A stretch of DNA of 64,000 nt from contig CM119268.1 of assembly GCA_051294375.1 (NCBI GenBank), positions 22,958,643 to 23,022,642 on the forward strand, written 5' to 3'. The number at the start of each line of letters is the position of its first letter. The stretch's first letter is position 1. Below the pieces are notes generated by a model. It was not told where the DNA came from. It ran no database searches and saw only the letters and a list, made by a program, of their open reading frames with translations. Positions 51,312 to 64,000 of this stretch are shown piece by piece. Source of the stretch: Paraspadella gotoi (lineage: Eukaryota > Animalia > Chaetognatha). A program made the translations under genes and the position numbers.

Positions 51312-53878
51312 CCCCTCCGATAATCACCTCCACTCACCTTTTGTCGGTTCCCATAGAAAAAAACCGATTTCGTCGTCGTCGTCGTGTCGTCGTCGTTCTC
51401 CCCGCGTCATCGTCCTTCTCTCAGAAAAAAAAATAGAGGAGAGGAAGGGAGGGGAGATAGGGGAGGAAGGGAAGGGAGGAAGGGAGGAAGGGAGGAAGGA
51501 TGGAAGGGAAGAAAGAAGGGGAAGAGGGACAAGAAATGAAAAGAAATGAAATGAAATAAAATGAAAAGAAAAGAAACGAAATGAAACAAAATAAAATAAA
51601 ATGAAGTGAAATGAGGTGACGAGACGATGAAACTCGAAGCCTAAAAGGAAAAGAAAAAAAAAAAAAGGAAAAGAAACGCGAAAAAGTGATAATCGTTTTA
51701 AGTAAAAGCAAAAAAGTAAAAAACTGAAAAAAAAAAACAAAAACAAAATTGAAGAAAAAAATTATTTAGTAAAACAAAAAAACAAATTATAAAACAAAAT
51801 ACAAACATAAAATCTGAAAAAAAAACGAAAGAGAAACAAGAAATGGAATCTTGTGTCACGAAATCGAGACGCGTGTCTTGTTACCGTCACACGTCCCTCG
51901 CATCGTCGCGTCAAGGGTCACCCGGATTTCATTGTTAAATGATCTTTAGTTGTCGTCGTTGTCGTCGTCCTCCTCCTCCTCCTCCTCCTCCTCTCGAGAA
52001 TGACGTCAAGCTTTTAAATCGCGTCACTTTATATGAGGATCAATTTCTGAGAAATGAGGTTCGATTTCTAAGAAATGAGTCTCGAATTCTGAGAAAAGCG
52101 GAGATGAAACGAGAAACTAGAAATCCTTTTTCTCTTTATTGTTGAGATCGAATGTTTGTTCTCGTCGTTGTCGTCGTTGTCGTCGTTGTCATCGTTGTCG
52201 TCGTTGTCGTCGTTGTCGTCGTTGTCGTTCCTGTAGGAAGGAAAAGTAAATATAGGCAAATCATATGCATTTTTAACGTAAGTGGGTCAGACCGACGGAC
52301 AGACATACCGACGAACCGACGAACCGACAGACCGACCAACAAGAAACTTAGAGAGTGACTCCTCGAGTACTCGCGGCGTAACTACTAAAAAAAAGAAGAA
52401 ATATAACCCTTAATGCAATAGAAACGAATCTTCTCTAGGGAAACTTAATTAGAATTCGACAATCAAACTTATTAAAAAATTTAAATTAAAATTCGACAAT
52501 CAATCCTATTAAAAAATTATCTCTCCCCATCTTTCTCTCTCCCCTTTTTTCTCTCTCCCCTTTTTTCTCTCTCCCTTTTTTCTCTCTCCCCTTTTTTCTC
52601 TCTCCCTTTTTTCTCTCTCCCCTTTTTTCTCTCTCCCCTTTTTCTCTCTCCCTTTTTTCTCTCTCCCCTTCTCTCTCTCTCTCTTCCACATGATTCTTCC
52701 TCAAGACTCGACATGGATCGAACTTAACAAAGCCTCACCCATTTTTCATCCTCCCTTACCAGATTCTACCCTTATCTATTTCCTAGACTCTTCCTTCTCC
52801 TCTCTACCTATGACCACCTATCTTCTCTCCCTCTCTTCTCTCTCCCCCTCATTCTCTCTCCCCCTCTCCTCTCTTCTCTCTCCCCCTCTCCTCTCTCCCC
52901 CTTGACTACATATATTCTCTCCCTCTCTTCTCTCTCCCCCTCCCCTCTCCTCTTCCCTCTCCTCTCTCTCTCCCCTCTCCTCTCCCTTCCCCTTTTATTC
53001 CTCTCCTCTTTTCCACTCCCTCCTCCTCCTCCTCCTCTTCAACTTGACCTCACCCGGTCACACGATCTCCTTCGCCTTACCCTATCGCCTTCCCCCCCCC
53101 ACACCGCCCCCTCTGCCTCTTTGCCGACCCCATCGATGAATCGATTCTCACGTGAAGAAAAAAAGAAAGAAAAAGAAAAAAAACTTCTCACGTGATCTTC
53201 ACCCGCGATTTTTTTCCCTCTCCTTTTTTCTTCTTCTTTTTTTTTGTTCCTATTTTTTTCGTCTCCACCTTTTTTGACCTTTAACCGCTTTTTTTTGTGC
53301 TTTTTTGTTCTTTAATCACTTTGGCGCCGTTTAGCTTTTTTGTCCTTTTTTGTGCTTTTTTGACCTTTAATCGCTTTTTTTGTGCCTTTTTACTAATTTG
53401 ACTTTTAATCACTTTTGGTGCCGTTTTGCTTTTTTTGTGCTTTTTTGACCTTTAAATCGCTTTTTTTCCCACGCTTTTTTGCGCCTTTTTGTTTTTTTTT
53501 GTTGCTTTTAATCCTTCTTGGCTCTTAAACCCTTTTTTCTCTTTTATATTTTGCGCCGTTTTGCGTTTTTTGTGTTTTTTTTTGCTTTATATTTGGCGCG
53601 ATTATGCGTTTTTGTTTTTATCAATCGATATACTATTCTAGAAATAAATACTATTTTTAAATATCGCTTTTGTCCAAATTTTGATCACAAATAACTCGTT
53701 CCAGAATCCATTTAATACTTTAGAAAACCAAAACTCATCGCTATGAAACTTACCTAAATTCCGGTCGGTCAGCGACTTACCAGACCAGAGCGAAAGCAAG
53801 GATGAAGTTTCATCTCTCACGAATTCCCAATTTGGAAATCGAAAAAATATTTTGACTTTCATTGGATTTAATCACTTT

Positions 53879-53919
<41 letters not shown>

Positions 53920-54645
53920 CATGTCACTCTCAACTATGGAAGAGGCAATTCTCTTTAAAGGTGAGTTTAAGTAAAGAAACTGTCTTTTCGTTTTATAAAA
54001 TGTAATTTTTATTTAAATACGTGTGTACAAAGCTCCTTCAAATTCCATTAGCGCTGTTATTATGGTAGTAATGATCGGATGAGATATACATATTGTTTAA
54101 TTCACTTTCACAGCATTTATATCAACGTTTAAGGAATATCATGCAATGAAATATTATTAAATGAAATGAGTAAATTATGATAATTTACAACAAATTCTAA
54201 AAAAATATACTATGAAGAATAAACAAACCCAAAGATAATGCAACTTTTTTTCGGTACAAAAAAAAAAAGAATATCTACAATTCTATTTGAAAATCTGCTT
54301 CCCAACCGAAAACCAAGAAGCTCGATGCTCTTCCGCTCAGTAGTCCTTATATGTCCAGCACGCCTTTGCTTCATCCCTTTATCTCCCCATCACTCCATCC
54401 ATCTCCATTACCCCATCATTCGAACTCCGATCACTCCATTACACCATCACCGCAACTCTGATCATTCCATTACCCCATCACTCGAGCTTCGATCACTTGA
54501 TTACCACATCACTTCATCCCCATTCATTACCCCGTAATTTCATCCCCTATCACTCTATCACACAATAACCCCATCAACCCCATTCCTTCTTTTTCCCTCC
54601 CTCTCCTTCCGTCTCCCTCTCCCTCTCCCTCCCTCTCTCTCCCTC

Positions 54646-57600
54646 TCACTCCTTCTTCGGCTGATGAATCGAATGCCTGTTAGTCGGATGCGCCAGGCCC
54701 GACCTCGCCTGTCCGCCTTTCCTCGCCTGATTCTTGGCTTTCGGTTTCACGTGAAAACTTTTCACGGAATCTTCCGTCGCCGCTTTTCGCGATTCCACGC
54801 TCATAGACGCCGCCAGGACGCTGCCGGGTGCGTTGGCGCCGCTGCCGATGGCGTTCTCGCTGGCGGCGGCGGCGTCGTCGCCGCTCGAAATTCGGCGACG
54901 AAAGGATTGACGCCGCCCGGCGACTTTGACCACAGGAATGGCGGATGCGATGGGGGCGGCGATGGCGGTGGTGAAAGTCGCGGAGGCGGCGGCGGCGGCG
55001 AAGGCGGCGGCGGCGGCGGTGGCAGCGGTAAAGGCGGTGGATGGGACAGCGGCGATATTTCCTCCTCCTCCTCTTCCTCCTCCTCCTTTAATCGTCGATC
55101 TCTTAAAAGGCGACGCCGCCGTCCTTTCCATTTCCGGCGCCACAGCAACTTCCGGCGCCACGCCCACTGACGACGCCGCGCCCGCTTCCGGCTTCACCCG
55201 ACTCTCCTCGGCGTCAACGCAAATCGGCGCCGAGACAAAAATGACGCCGGAAATCGACGCCGGTGTAGATTTTGGTTTGTCGGTCGGTCGGTCAATGTCG
55301 CCGCTCGGGACGTTGATGCCAGTTGCCATTTGAGCGATGCCAGTTGGTCTCAAATCATTAGATGGGATGGATTCGTCTTTGCCGATCACTTTGTCACTAA
55401 CTTTGTCATTTTTTTTGTCATTGACTTTATCATTGACTTTGTTACTAACTTTGTCATTTATTTTGTCATTGACTTTATCATTGACTTTGTCACTTACTTT
55501 GTCATTTATTTTGTCATTGACTATGTCACGGACTTTGTCAGTGATTTCATCATTGACTTTGTCATCCATTTTGTCACAGACTTTGTCTCTGACTTTTTCA
55601 CAGACTTTTTCATTGACTTTATCATTGACTTTGTCTCTGACCTTTTCACAGACTTTTTCATTGACTTTATCATTGACTTTGTCACTGACTTTTTCACAGA
55701 CTTTTTCATTGACTTTGTTATTGACTTTGTCACTGACTTTGTCACTGACTTTGTCACCGACTTTCTCCCTCACCGACCTTTCTTCCTCTTCCCTCTTCAT
55801 TTCTCCGATCAATTCTCCCCACGGACTATCGTTGTTGTTGTCGTCGTCGTCTTTGTCGTCGTCGTACTCCGGGATCCAGTCTTCGGCGTCGTGAAAGTCT
55901 TCGGTCGAGGCGTCGAACGAATCGTCGAAAGTCCCAAGTGGATCGTCCACGGGAACCAAGAGCGACGTGTCGACCTTCGAAGGAGCATCCGCTGAAGGTT
56001 TGACGAGACGATCCGGAGGAGATGCCGGATCCAAGGGCGGGACGACCCGCTCTGGGATGCGGAGGACGTCCTCGGCGGAGTTGACGAGAGGATCGAACTG
56101 AAGGCGGACTCGACTGTGAGGGTCGGTCGCGGAAGGAAGGTCGACGGGCCGCTCGGGGATTTTTTGATCGTCCGTGCTGAAGCCGAGAAGGTCTTCTAAA
56201 GCCTGAAGATCTTCCTCCGTTAGTTCGGGCGGTTCCTGCGTTTCAACCTTTTGGCATTTGACGGCATCTGATTGGCCTTTGAATGCGTCGCCTTGGCCTT
56301 TAACTGCTTCTTCTTGGCCTTTGATTGCGTCGCCCTGGCCTTTAACTGCTTCTTCTGGATCTTTACCTCCATCATCTTGGTCTTTGACTGCCTCGTCTTG
56401 GCCTTTGACCGCATCTTCCAACGGCCATTCGATAAAGTCCTCATCAAACGGGCTAATGATGTCCAAAGATTCGAGGTTCAACGTTGGACCGACTTCATCC
56501 CTAATGTCGTCCAATCGGAAACAGACTTGAAGCTGAGGTTCCGCCTCCAAAGGTTCGTGGGCATTCTGCGACAGGTCTTCAAGGACTGTCTGGACGGGAG
56601 TCTCTGGATTCGGCTCGGGATCTTTTTCCAAGGCCTCCGTTTCGGCCTCTTCGTCTTCAGCCACTAAATACGCCTCAGTTTTGGCCTCTTCAGCCACCAA
56701 CTGGGTCTTTTTGGCCTCTGCATTGACCTCTTTTCTCTCCGACTTTGCAAGTGACTCATTTATTTCTTCTTCCAGATTTTCCATGACTTTTTTCGCCATT
56801 TTTTCCGCCATGATATCTACTGGATCGACTTTGAAGCCGTCATCTTTCGACTCTTTATTCTTGACCTCTTTTTCTTGCTCCTTGGCCTCTTTATCTTCCT
56901 CCTTGGCCTCTACTACGACCTTGGCCATAATCTCTTGTGTGACATTGGCCATTTCTTTTTCAATCACATTTTCTTTCTTTCTTTTCAAATTTCTTTCGTG
57001 AAAATCTTTCTCTGCCAGATTAATGAAAACTATTTGCCTTTGTCTCTCTCCATCGACCATAAGTTCACTCGGGTCTTGATTCACGTGAACTCTCACTTCT
57101 TTTTCCTTTCCTTTCACATTCTTGGTTTCAGAATTTGACTTGACGTTTTTAGCGTAAAATTCTTCTTCTGCTCGATTTACGAGAAGTTTCTGTTTTTGAT
57201 TCTCGCCTTCGATAAACAGATAATTGCTCACACATTTTTCATTAGGACTTTCTGGTTTGGCATCTATTTTATCCGTCTTGGCCTTTTGATATTCAATTTT
57301 GGCCTCTGTCTTAGCCTCTTGAGCTTCAACTTTGGCCTCTGCGTTCAACAAAAAAGGTTTCCCTTGGAATTCCTCTTCTACTCGATTTACGAGAAGTTTC
57401 TGTTTTTGATTCTCACCTTCGATAAACAGATAATCGCTCACAAAATTTTCATTCGAACTTTCTGGTTTGGCATCTATTTTATCGGTCTTGGCCTTTTGAT
57501 ATTCAATTTTGGCCTCTGTCTTGGCCTGTTGAGCTTCAATTTTGGCCTCTGTCTTGGACTGTTGAGCTTCAACTTTGGCCTCTGCATTCAACAAAAAAGG

Positions 57601-58196
57601 TTTCCCTTGGAATTCCTCTTCGGTTCGATTAACGATGGCCTTTTGTTTTTGCCTTTCACCTTCGGCCGCGAGGGAATCGCGAATCGCCATCTGTCGAGAG
57701 GAAAAGGAAAAAAACCCCAAAAAACAGTGAGAGATATCTTTAAAAAAGAGAGTGGTCTTTTCATACAATTGAAACATTCTTTGAAATATTATACCACTTC
57801 ATTGATAGGGAAGCCAGGTACTCTGGGAGTGAATAAACGAGACTGTGAGAGAGTCTTGATTGAAAGCTTGCAGGGACCTGCTATGTCATTATCTTGTAAG
57901 AGTGATGGAGGCCTTAAACTACCAAATCCTGTCGAAAGTTAGGGGTAAGATTGCTTATTTATTAAATGAATGGACAATTTTCATATTGGTTGTACCAATT
58001 TCATAGCAGAGCTTTCAATCTAGAGGCTCTCACAGTCTACCTTATTAACTCCAAGCACCCGACTAACTTATCAACGAAATTATATATTGTTTCAATTGTA
58101 CGAAAGAAACACTCTTTCATATTATATATTATCTATTATATTATCTTTTATATTTACCTTCTCGATCGACGAAAGCAGTTGTTGTTGTTGTTGTTT

Positions 58197-58237
<41 letters not shown>

Positions 58238-61200
58238 GAAGAGAATTTTGTGGAATCGATGGAATCATCGGTTCTTCCAGCAAAATCAGTCTCGACCAAT
58301 CTTCATCAGGCGCGGACCAATCAGGCGCAGAAAAATCGTCAGGCGCGACTGACACGCACGTTGAGTCGATTGCAGCGACATTAGATGGTTTAGCAGGTGT
58401 TGTTAAATCCGACGCTGGTTGAGCAGATGTCGTTGCAGCAGGTGTAAGTGTGGCGACGAGTGGCTCGTCGAAAGGTGGCGCTTCTGTTGGTTTTAAGGAA
58501 TCGAGCGATGTTGAAACAGATGCCGTTGTAGGAGGTGCTGGCGAAGCAGGTGGAGTTTTTAAGGGTTCAATTGAGGAGACAGGTGCAGAAGAAGTTGACG
58601 AGGAATTGGGAAGGAAATTTTCGTCTTTAGAGTTTGAAGGTTTCGCCTTTTGAAGGAAAAAAAATGGGAAAATGGGAGAATGGGATTAAATGGAGAGATG
58701 ATAGAGAGGGAGAGGGGGAGAGAGAGAGAGGGGAGGGAAATTTCGTAAAACAATTTTAAATTTAAAAAATGAACTAATTAACGTCAGGTGAATTAAATTA
58801 AATTAAATTAAATTAAATCAAAGTAAATTAAATTAAATTAAATTAAATTAAATTAAATTAAATTAAATTAAATTAAATTAAATTAAATCATTTAATTTAA
58901 TTTAATTTAATTTAATTTAATTTAATTTAATTTAATTTAATTTAATTTAATTTAATCAAATTAAATCAAAAGAACAACTTATTTCCTTCACCTTCGGATC
59001 AGTCGTCATCGGAGATTCTTTTCCGTCTTCTTCTAAAACAAATGCAGAGGAGAGATTCGGGTTCTCGGCATCTGTCGCGGACGGCAGGTGCACCGCGTCG
59101 GCATCTGGGAGGACGATCGGCGTCGAAGATTGACGCGACGACGACGACGACGACGATGAAGACGAAGATGAGGACGACGAAGAAGATGATTCGACCGGGA
59201 CTTCTGAAGATGTCGGTGGCTGCATCGAATCCGTTCGATCATCTTCGATCGCATCAACATCGGGCTTGATCGCATTTAGATTTTCGTCACTGGTTGCATC
59301 TTCATTGTCCTTAGTTTCAACCGAGTCGTTCTTGGTCGTATCCTCAATGTCCTTGGTTGCATTCATTTGATTTCCAGTCTCCTTATCTAGCTTTATTGCT
59401 ATCTCACCATCTGAACGTTTCTCATTGCCTTCAACGACATTGGTTTTAACTTCAGCCTCTTCCATCTGCTCATTGCCTTCAACGACATTGGTTTTGACAT
59501 CAGCCTCTTCCATCTGCTCATTGCCTTCAACGACATTGGTTTTAACTTCAGCCTCTTCCATCTGCTCATTGCCTTCAACGACATTGGTTTTGACTTCAGC
59601 CTCTGCCATCTGCTCATTGCCTTCAACGACATTGGTTTTGACATCAGCCTCTTCCATCTGCTCTGGTCCTTTCTCCGACTCGTTTTTCCCAAGAATCGCG
59701 TTGACTTGATTTTTGATACCCTGTCTCATCCAAGCCATCAGACCAGTTTTCCCTTCTGGTTGAACATTTGCCGGTTCTGTGAAGGGGTCAGATTTTGTAT
59801 CTTCCTTTTCTTCGTTCAAACCATTGGTCACTTTTGACTTTTGCTCTTCATAACGTGTTCTGACTTCAAATTCTTGATCCGTTCTTTCAAGAACTTCATC
59901 AACTTTGTTATCGTTTTGATTCGTGATTTCAAAGTTATTTGGCTCGTTTGAAATTCCCAATGAACTCTTTGCAACCGTTTCCACTTTGTCTTGCATTGCA
60001 AGAGGTATTTCGGCATTGACGGTTTCCTCATCTTCTTGTTTCTCTTTCTCATTTATGATTGGATCATAATTGTCTCCAATTATTTCAAACGCAACTTCCG
60101 TCTTCTCGTTTGGATCTTCTAATTTTTCGTCAGTCCCTATTGCATTATTTTCAATCGAATCTGCTGGAGCTTTGACTGCAACTTCATCAGATTCCTTTAT
60201 CTTAACCGGAGCCCTGACTGTATCTTCTGTGCTAATTATCTCAACAGGAGGCTTAATTTCATCCTCTTTGTCTTTGCTTTCAGTTGGAGCTTGGAATTGA
60301 TCTGCTTTATCTTTGCTTTCAGATATAGACTTTATTAAATTTGCTTTATCTTTATTTTCATCTGTAGCTTGACTTTGATCTGCTTTATCTTTTCTTTCAG
60401 TAGGAGACTTGTTAAGATCTGCATTTTCTTTGCTATTAGTAAAAGCCTCAATCTGATCTGCTTTATCTTTGCTTTCAGTAGGAGACTTGTTAAGATCTGC
60501 CTTTTCTTCGCTATTAGTAAAAGTATCAATCTGATATGCTTTATCTTTACTTTCAGTAAGAGACTTGTTAAGATCTGCCTTTTCTTCGCTATTAGTAAAA
60601 GCATCAATCAGATCTGCTTTATCTTCGCTTTCAGCCAGAGCTTTGCTTTTTTCCGCTTTATCCACGCATTCTGTGGGAGCCATGATTTCATCTGCTTTAT
60701 CTTTTTTTTCAGATGGAACATTCATTTGATCTGTAACATCTATTTCTCCTTTCATATCTGCAAAGATGTCATCTGTATCCTTAACGACTCCAGCCTCTAA
60801 TTCAAGAGCATCGAGTTCAGCTTCGATGGCAGAAAGTTCATTTTCCAATAAACTGACCGACTGACCATCCGACTCATTTTCTACCGAGTCCAGAGCAGGG
60901 CTGGCATTCTTCACCATGTCAAAAAGAGCAATGGTGGCATTCCGCAGTTCCTCGGCCTTGCTCGGCGTTGTATCATTAATCGCCTCCACATTCTGCTCCA
61001 TTTCGCTCTCGTCTTCTCCAGCATTCTCTTCTTTGATTTCAACAGCTTTCTCCAGCAATTCATCGGCGTTGATGTTTATCTCAACGGTCTGATGTTGAAT
61101 GGAATCTTGAGTTGCTTCTACATTCGGGGTCGGACAAACGACGTCATTGATTGCATTCTCAATCAGCAAATTCCATTCCGTAATATCTCGACTTTCATTC

Positions 61201-61581
61201 GTATAATCTTTGATCGCATCTTTTTTCGTCTGCTTGCCTACCTCTTCCTCTTTGATCGCATCTGTCTTTGTCTTCCTCGCTTCCTCTTCATTTTTGTTTG
61301 CATCGATCGTTTCGTCTTTGCTTTCATCTCTTTTCTCCCACTGTGTCACGACCTCGTCTTTGTTCGCATCTTCCTTTATCCTCTCCGATATTCCTTCTTC
61401 TGTGTTCGCATCTATCATCGTCCGTTTGTTTGCATCGTCCTCTTTGTTCGCACAGTTCTCTGTCTCTAGATTTGTCATTATTTTTTCGTCCGTCGCCATC
61501 AGAGGCGCTAAAGTTTCCGCGTCTTTTTCCGTCTCCTTGGCGACCGATGATGAAGAAGAGGAAGATAAGGAAGAGGAGGAG

Positions 61582-61613
<32 letters not shown>

Positions 61614-62606
61614 AGAGGAAACTCTCCTCTTCTTCTTTTTCGATTTGACTTCGATTTTCAAATTCGTTTTTGGATCGAAATTTTTCGATTTACTCAACGA
61701 AAGAATATAAGAGACCTGCGAGAGAAGGGATTGTATTTTGTATTGTATAGTACGTGTATTGTTTATTTTTTATAAACCATTATTGAAATTATTAAGTCAT
61801 TCGTTAAATATATTGACTTTAGACAAGCTATGGCGATTTAAGACTTCCATCCCTTTCAAATTTTCTCTCTTTTACAAATTTACATTGTATGTTTGGAATC
61901 CGTACGACCAATATAAACATTATCCATTCATTCAATAAACAAGCTGTTAAGCTCTCCTGCCCCAGACTTTGGACAGGCTCAGTGAGTTAAGGTCATCATT
62001 ACTCTTATAAGATAATAATTTAGCAAAACCCTGAAATAAACTTTCAATCAAGATTTCAAATCGATTAACTAACCAGCGCCTGTATTATTTTCCCTTCGGC
62101 GTAACGCCTGTCGCGAGAACAGGCGTGACAGGCGCCCGAATTACGACGAAAGCCGCCGCCGTCGCTGATGTCCACGTGACAATAGGGAAGATGTCGCTTT
62201 AAGTCGGTAGATGTCAGACCTGGGATGGAAAAAAAAAACAAAATAGCAATGAAATTTATAAATTATCTCACAATTAATTTTAAAAATATACTCGAATTAT
62301 CTTGGCTTGGTTTCAAACAAAATCCTAGTGACGCGCTCATCTTTAGTTCATATTTTATAAAAAAAAATCATGAACCTAACTATTTTAGTACTCGCGTATC
62401 GAAGCATTTTAAGAATAATAATTTAATCAATAACCAATGGCTATACAACCAAGTTCGTTGCTCTTTTAAATTCGATATTTTTTTCCTTTTGTTTTTGATT
62501 TTACGTAATCAATTTTTTCCCGATATAACGACGCCGTCACTAAACTATGTTGTCATTGTTTGAGTGTTGGGTGAGTTGGGTAAGTGTCTCTCGTCTCTTC
62601 TCTTCT

Positions 62607-62637
<31 letters not shown>

Positions 62638-62695
62638 CTCTCTCTCTTCTCTCTTCTCTCGGCTTCAGTTAGATCAAGCGAATTTTTATGATTTG

Positions 62696-62769
<74 letters not shown>

Positions 62770-63684
62770 GTCGTCGTTGTCGTCGTCTTTCCCTTTTGTC
62801 TTTTGTCTTCTAAGAATCGAATCCCAACGATTTCCTTATAAGGAATTCGATTTCACCTTTCAATTTCGAATGTGAGAGAGAGAGAGGAGAGAGACGAAGA
62901 TCGAGATAGGAGAGAGACGAGAGACTGAGAGACGAGCGATGATTGGAGAGAGGACTTGAGAGAGTAGATGAGAGGAGAGAGAGAGAGTGAGTGAAAGCCG
63001 ACGAGTTTTAAATTCGATATTTTGAAAATAATTAAAAATCACAAAACTTCGAAGAGAGAATAAATTATTTTTTTTCAAAATCGATTTTTTTTTCGTTTTC
63101 CAAATATTTTTTGTCGAAGAGAAATAAAATAAAGAATTGGAATTATATAAGGCATTTTTTTTGACAAACTTGAACAACGCTAAACTAACTAATAGTGAAC
63201 TTACATGCCAATCACATTTATTCATCCGTTAGTCAAAATTTAACAAGTTCATTGTGTTGCGCCGCGGTGACCTTAAAGCATCACGTGGTTTATTCTCTTA
63301 TCTGTGAATTATCATGCCTGATCAGTTGACCACTTTTGTACGTGGTCACATATCTGAACACATTATGCAGATAGCGTGGGTACCCCCAGATAGTTATCAC
63401 TTACACACGAATAGCTATCATTTGCCCAAGGATAGCGACGACTTACCCACGGATAGCTATCACTTACCCACGAATAGCTTTTCTTTGCCCAAGGATAGCG
63501 ATCTCTTCCCCACGGATAGCTATCACATACCCATGGATAGCGATCACTTACCAGCGGCCGACATGAGAAAAGCTGCCGAAGTTTGTGGCCCTCGATTTTC
63601 CGGAGGAGGAGGAAGAGGAGGAGGAGGAGTAGAGGAGGAGGAGGAAGGTATGAGCAGGGAATCCGTTGAGGGAGAGCGAATGGC
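54646..63684 (-). CDS. Large acidic, low-complexity, repeat-rich protein of unknown function (5' end outside window)
   Basis: Phase-consistent GT-AG exons 63552-63684, 62074-62219, 58992-61715, 58158-58646 and 54646-57690 (>2100 aa). Two stop-free exons of 2.7 and 3.0 kb in AT-rich DNA. The TGA at 54646 overlaps a possible donor (GA|GTGAGA), so the gene may continue. Confidence 0.8.
58790..58965. repeat. Inverted (AATTA)n/(TAATT)n microsatellite palindrome
   Basis: (AAATT)n switches to (AATTT)n at ~58889; intronic. Confidence 0.9.
63382..63555. repeat. 21-bp tandem repeat x8 built from the 5' splice site
   Basis: Unit GGATAGCTATCACTTACCCAC; its reverse complement contains G|GTAAGT and the last unit is the predicted real donor at 63551. 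Confidence 0.88.
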
Positions 63685-64000
63685 CTGGAGGGGAAGGAGA
63701 GGGAGAGGAAGAGGAGAAGAGGAGAAGAGGAAGGCGGAGAGAGGGAGGAGGAAGGAGGAAGAGGAGGGAAAGAGGGCAGGGGTCCGAAAGTTGGTATAGG
63801 AGGTGTACAGTACACTGGAAAGGATCTACATTTGAATTGTGGATTTTGAAAGGAAATGAATGAATAAATAAATAAAAAAAAAAAATGAATAAAAAGAAAT
63901 AAATAAATAACAAAATAAAGAAACAAAGACAATTAAAAGAAATAAAAGAATAAGAGATAAAAAAAGGAATATAAGGTCAATAAGAAAAGAAGCCAGACCG

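Noticed and set aside
53690-53965. Plus-strand coding exon ending AAG|GTGAGT
   Set aside because: No recognisable protein and no partner exon found.

Overview
AT-rich, microsatellite-dense animal (probably invertebrate) genomic DNA with spliceosomal introns; most entries in the ORF track are repeat-derived noise. Manual splicing gives five genes. (1) The 3' part of a GT49 glucuronyltransferase (B4GAT1-like, minus strand, 1-1772), frame-disrupted and with no visible 5' half. (2) A short QRICH2/C16orf96-like gene (minus, ~2200-5598) whose 5' part is triplicated. (3) A phase-consistent 24-exon CatSper delta/epsilon auxiliary subunit gene (minus, 12635-28516+) with an extra Cys-rich insert and a long cytoplasmic tail. 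(4) A four-exon FoxQ2 with a C-terminal eh1 motif (plus, 33832-38810). (5) A >2100-aa acidic, repeat-rich protein with a small His/Cys motif (minus, 54646-63684, starting outside the window). Introns are inflated by MITE-like elements, one family of which carries telomere-like repeats, and by minisatellites that repeatedly consist of copies of the adjacent splice site. Two large tandem duplications adjoin 25-N gaps and are probably at least partly assembly or haplotype artefacts; one exposes a 2.3-kb presence/absence element bounded by a 9-bp direct repeat. Protein family calls rest on recalled motifs, not database searches.
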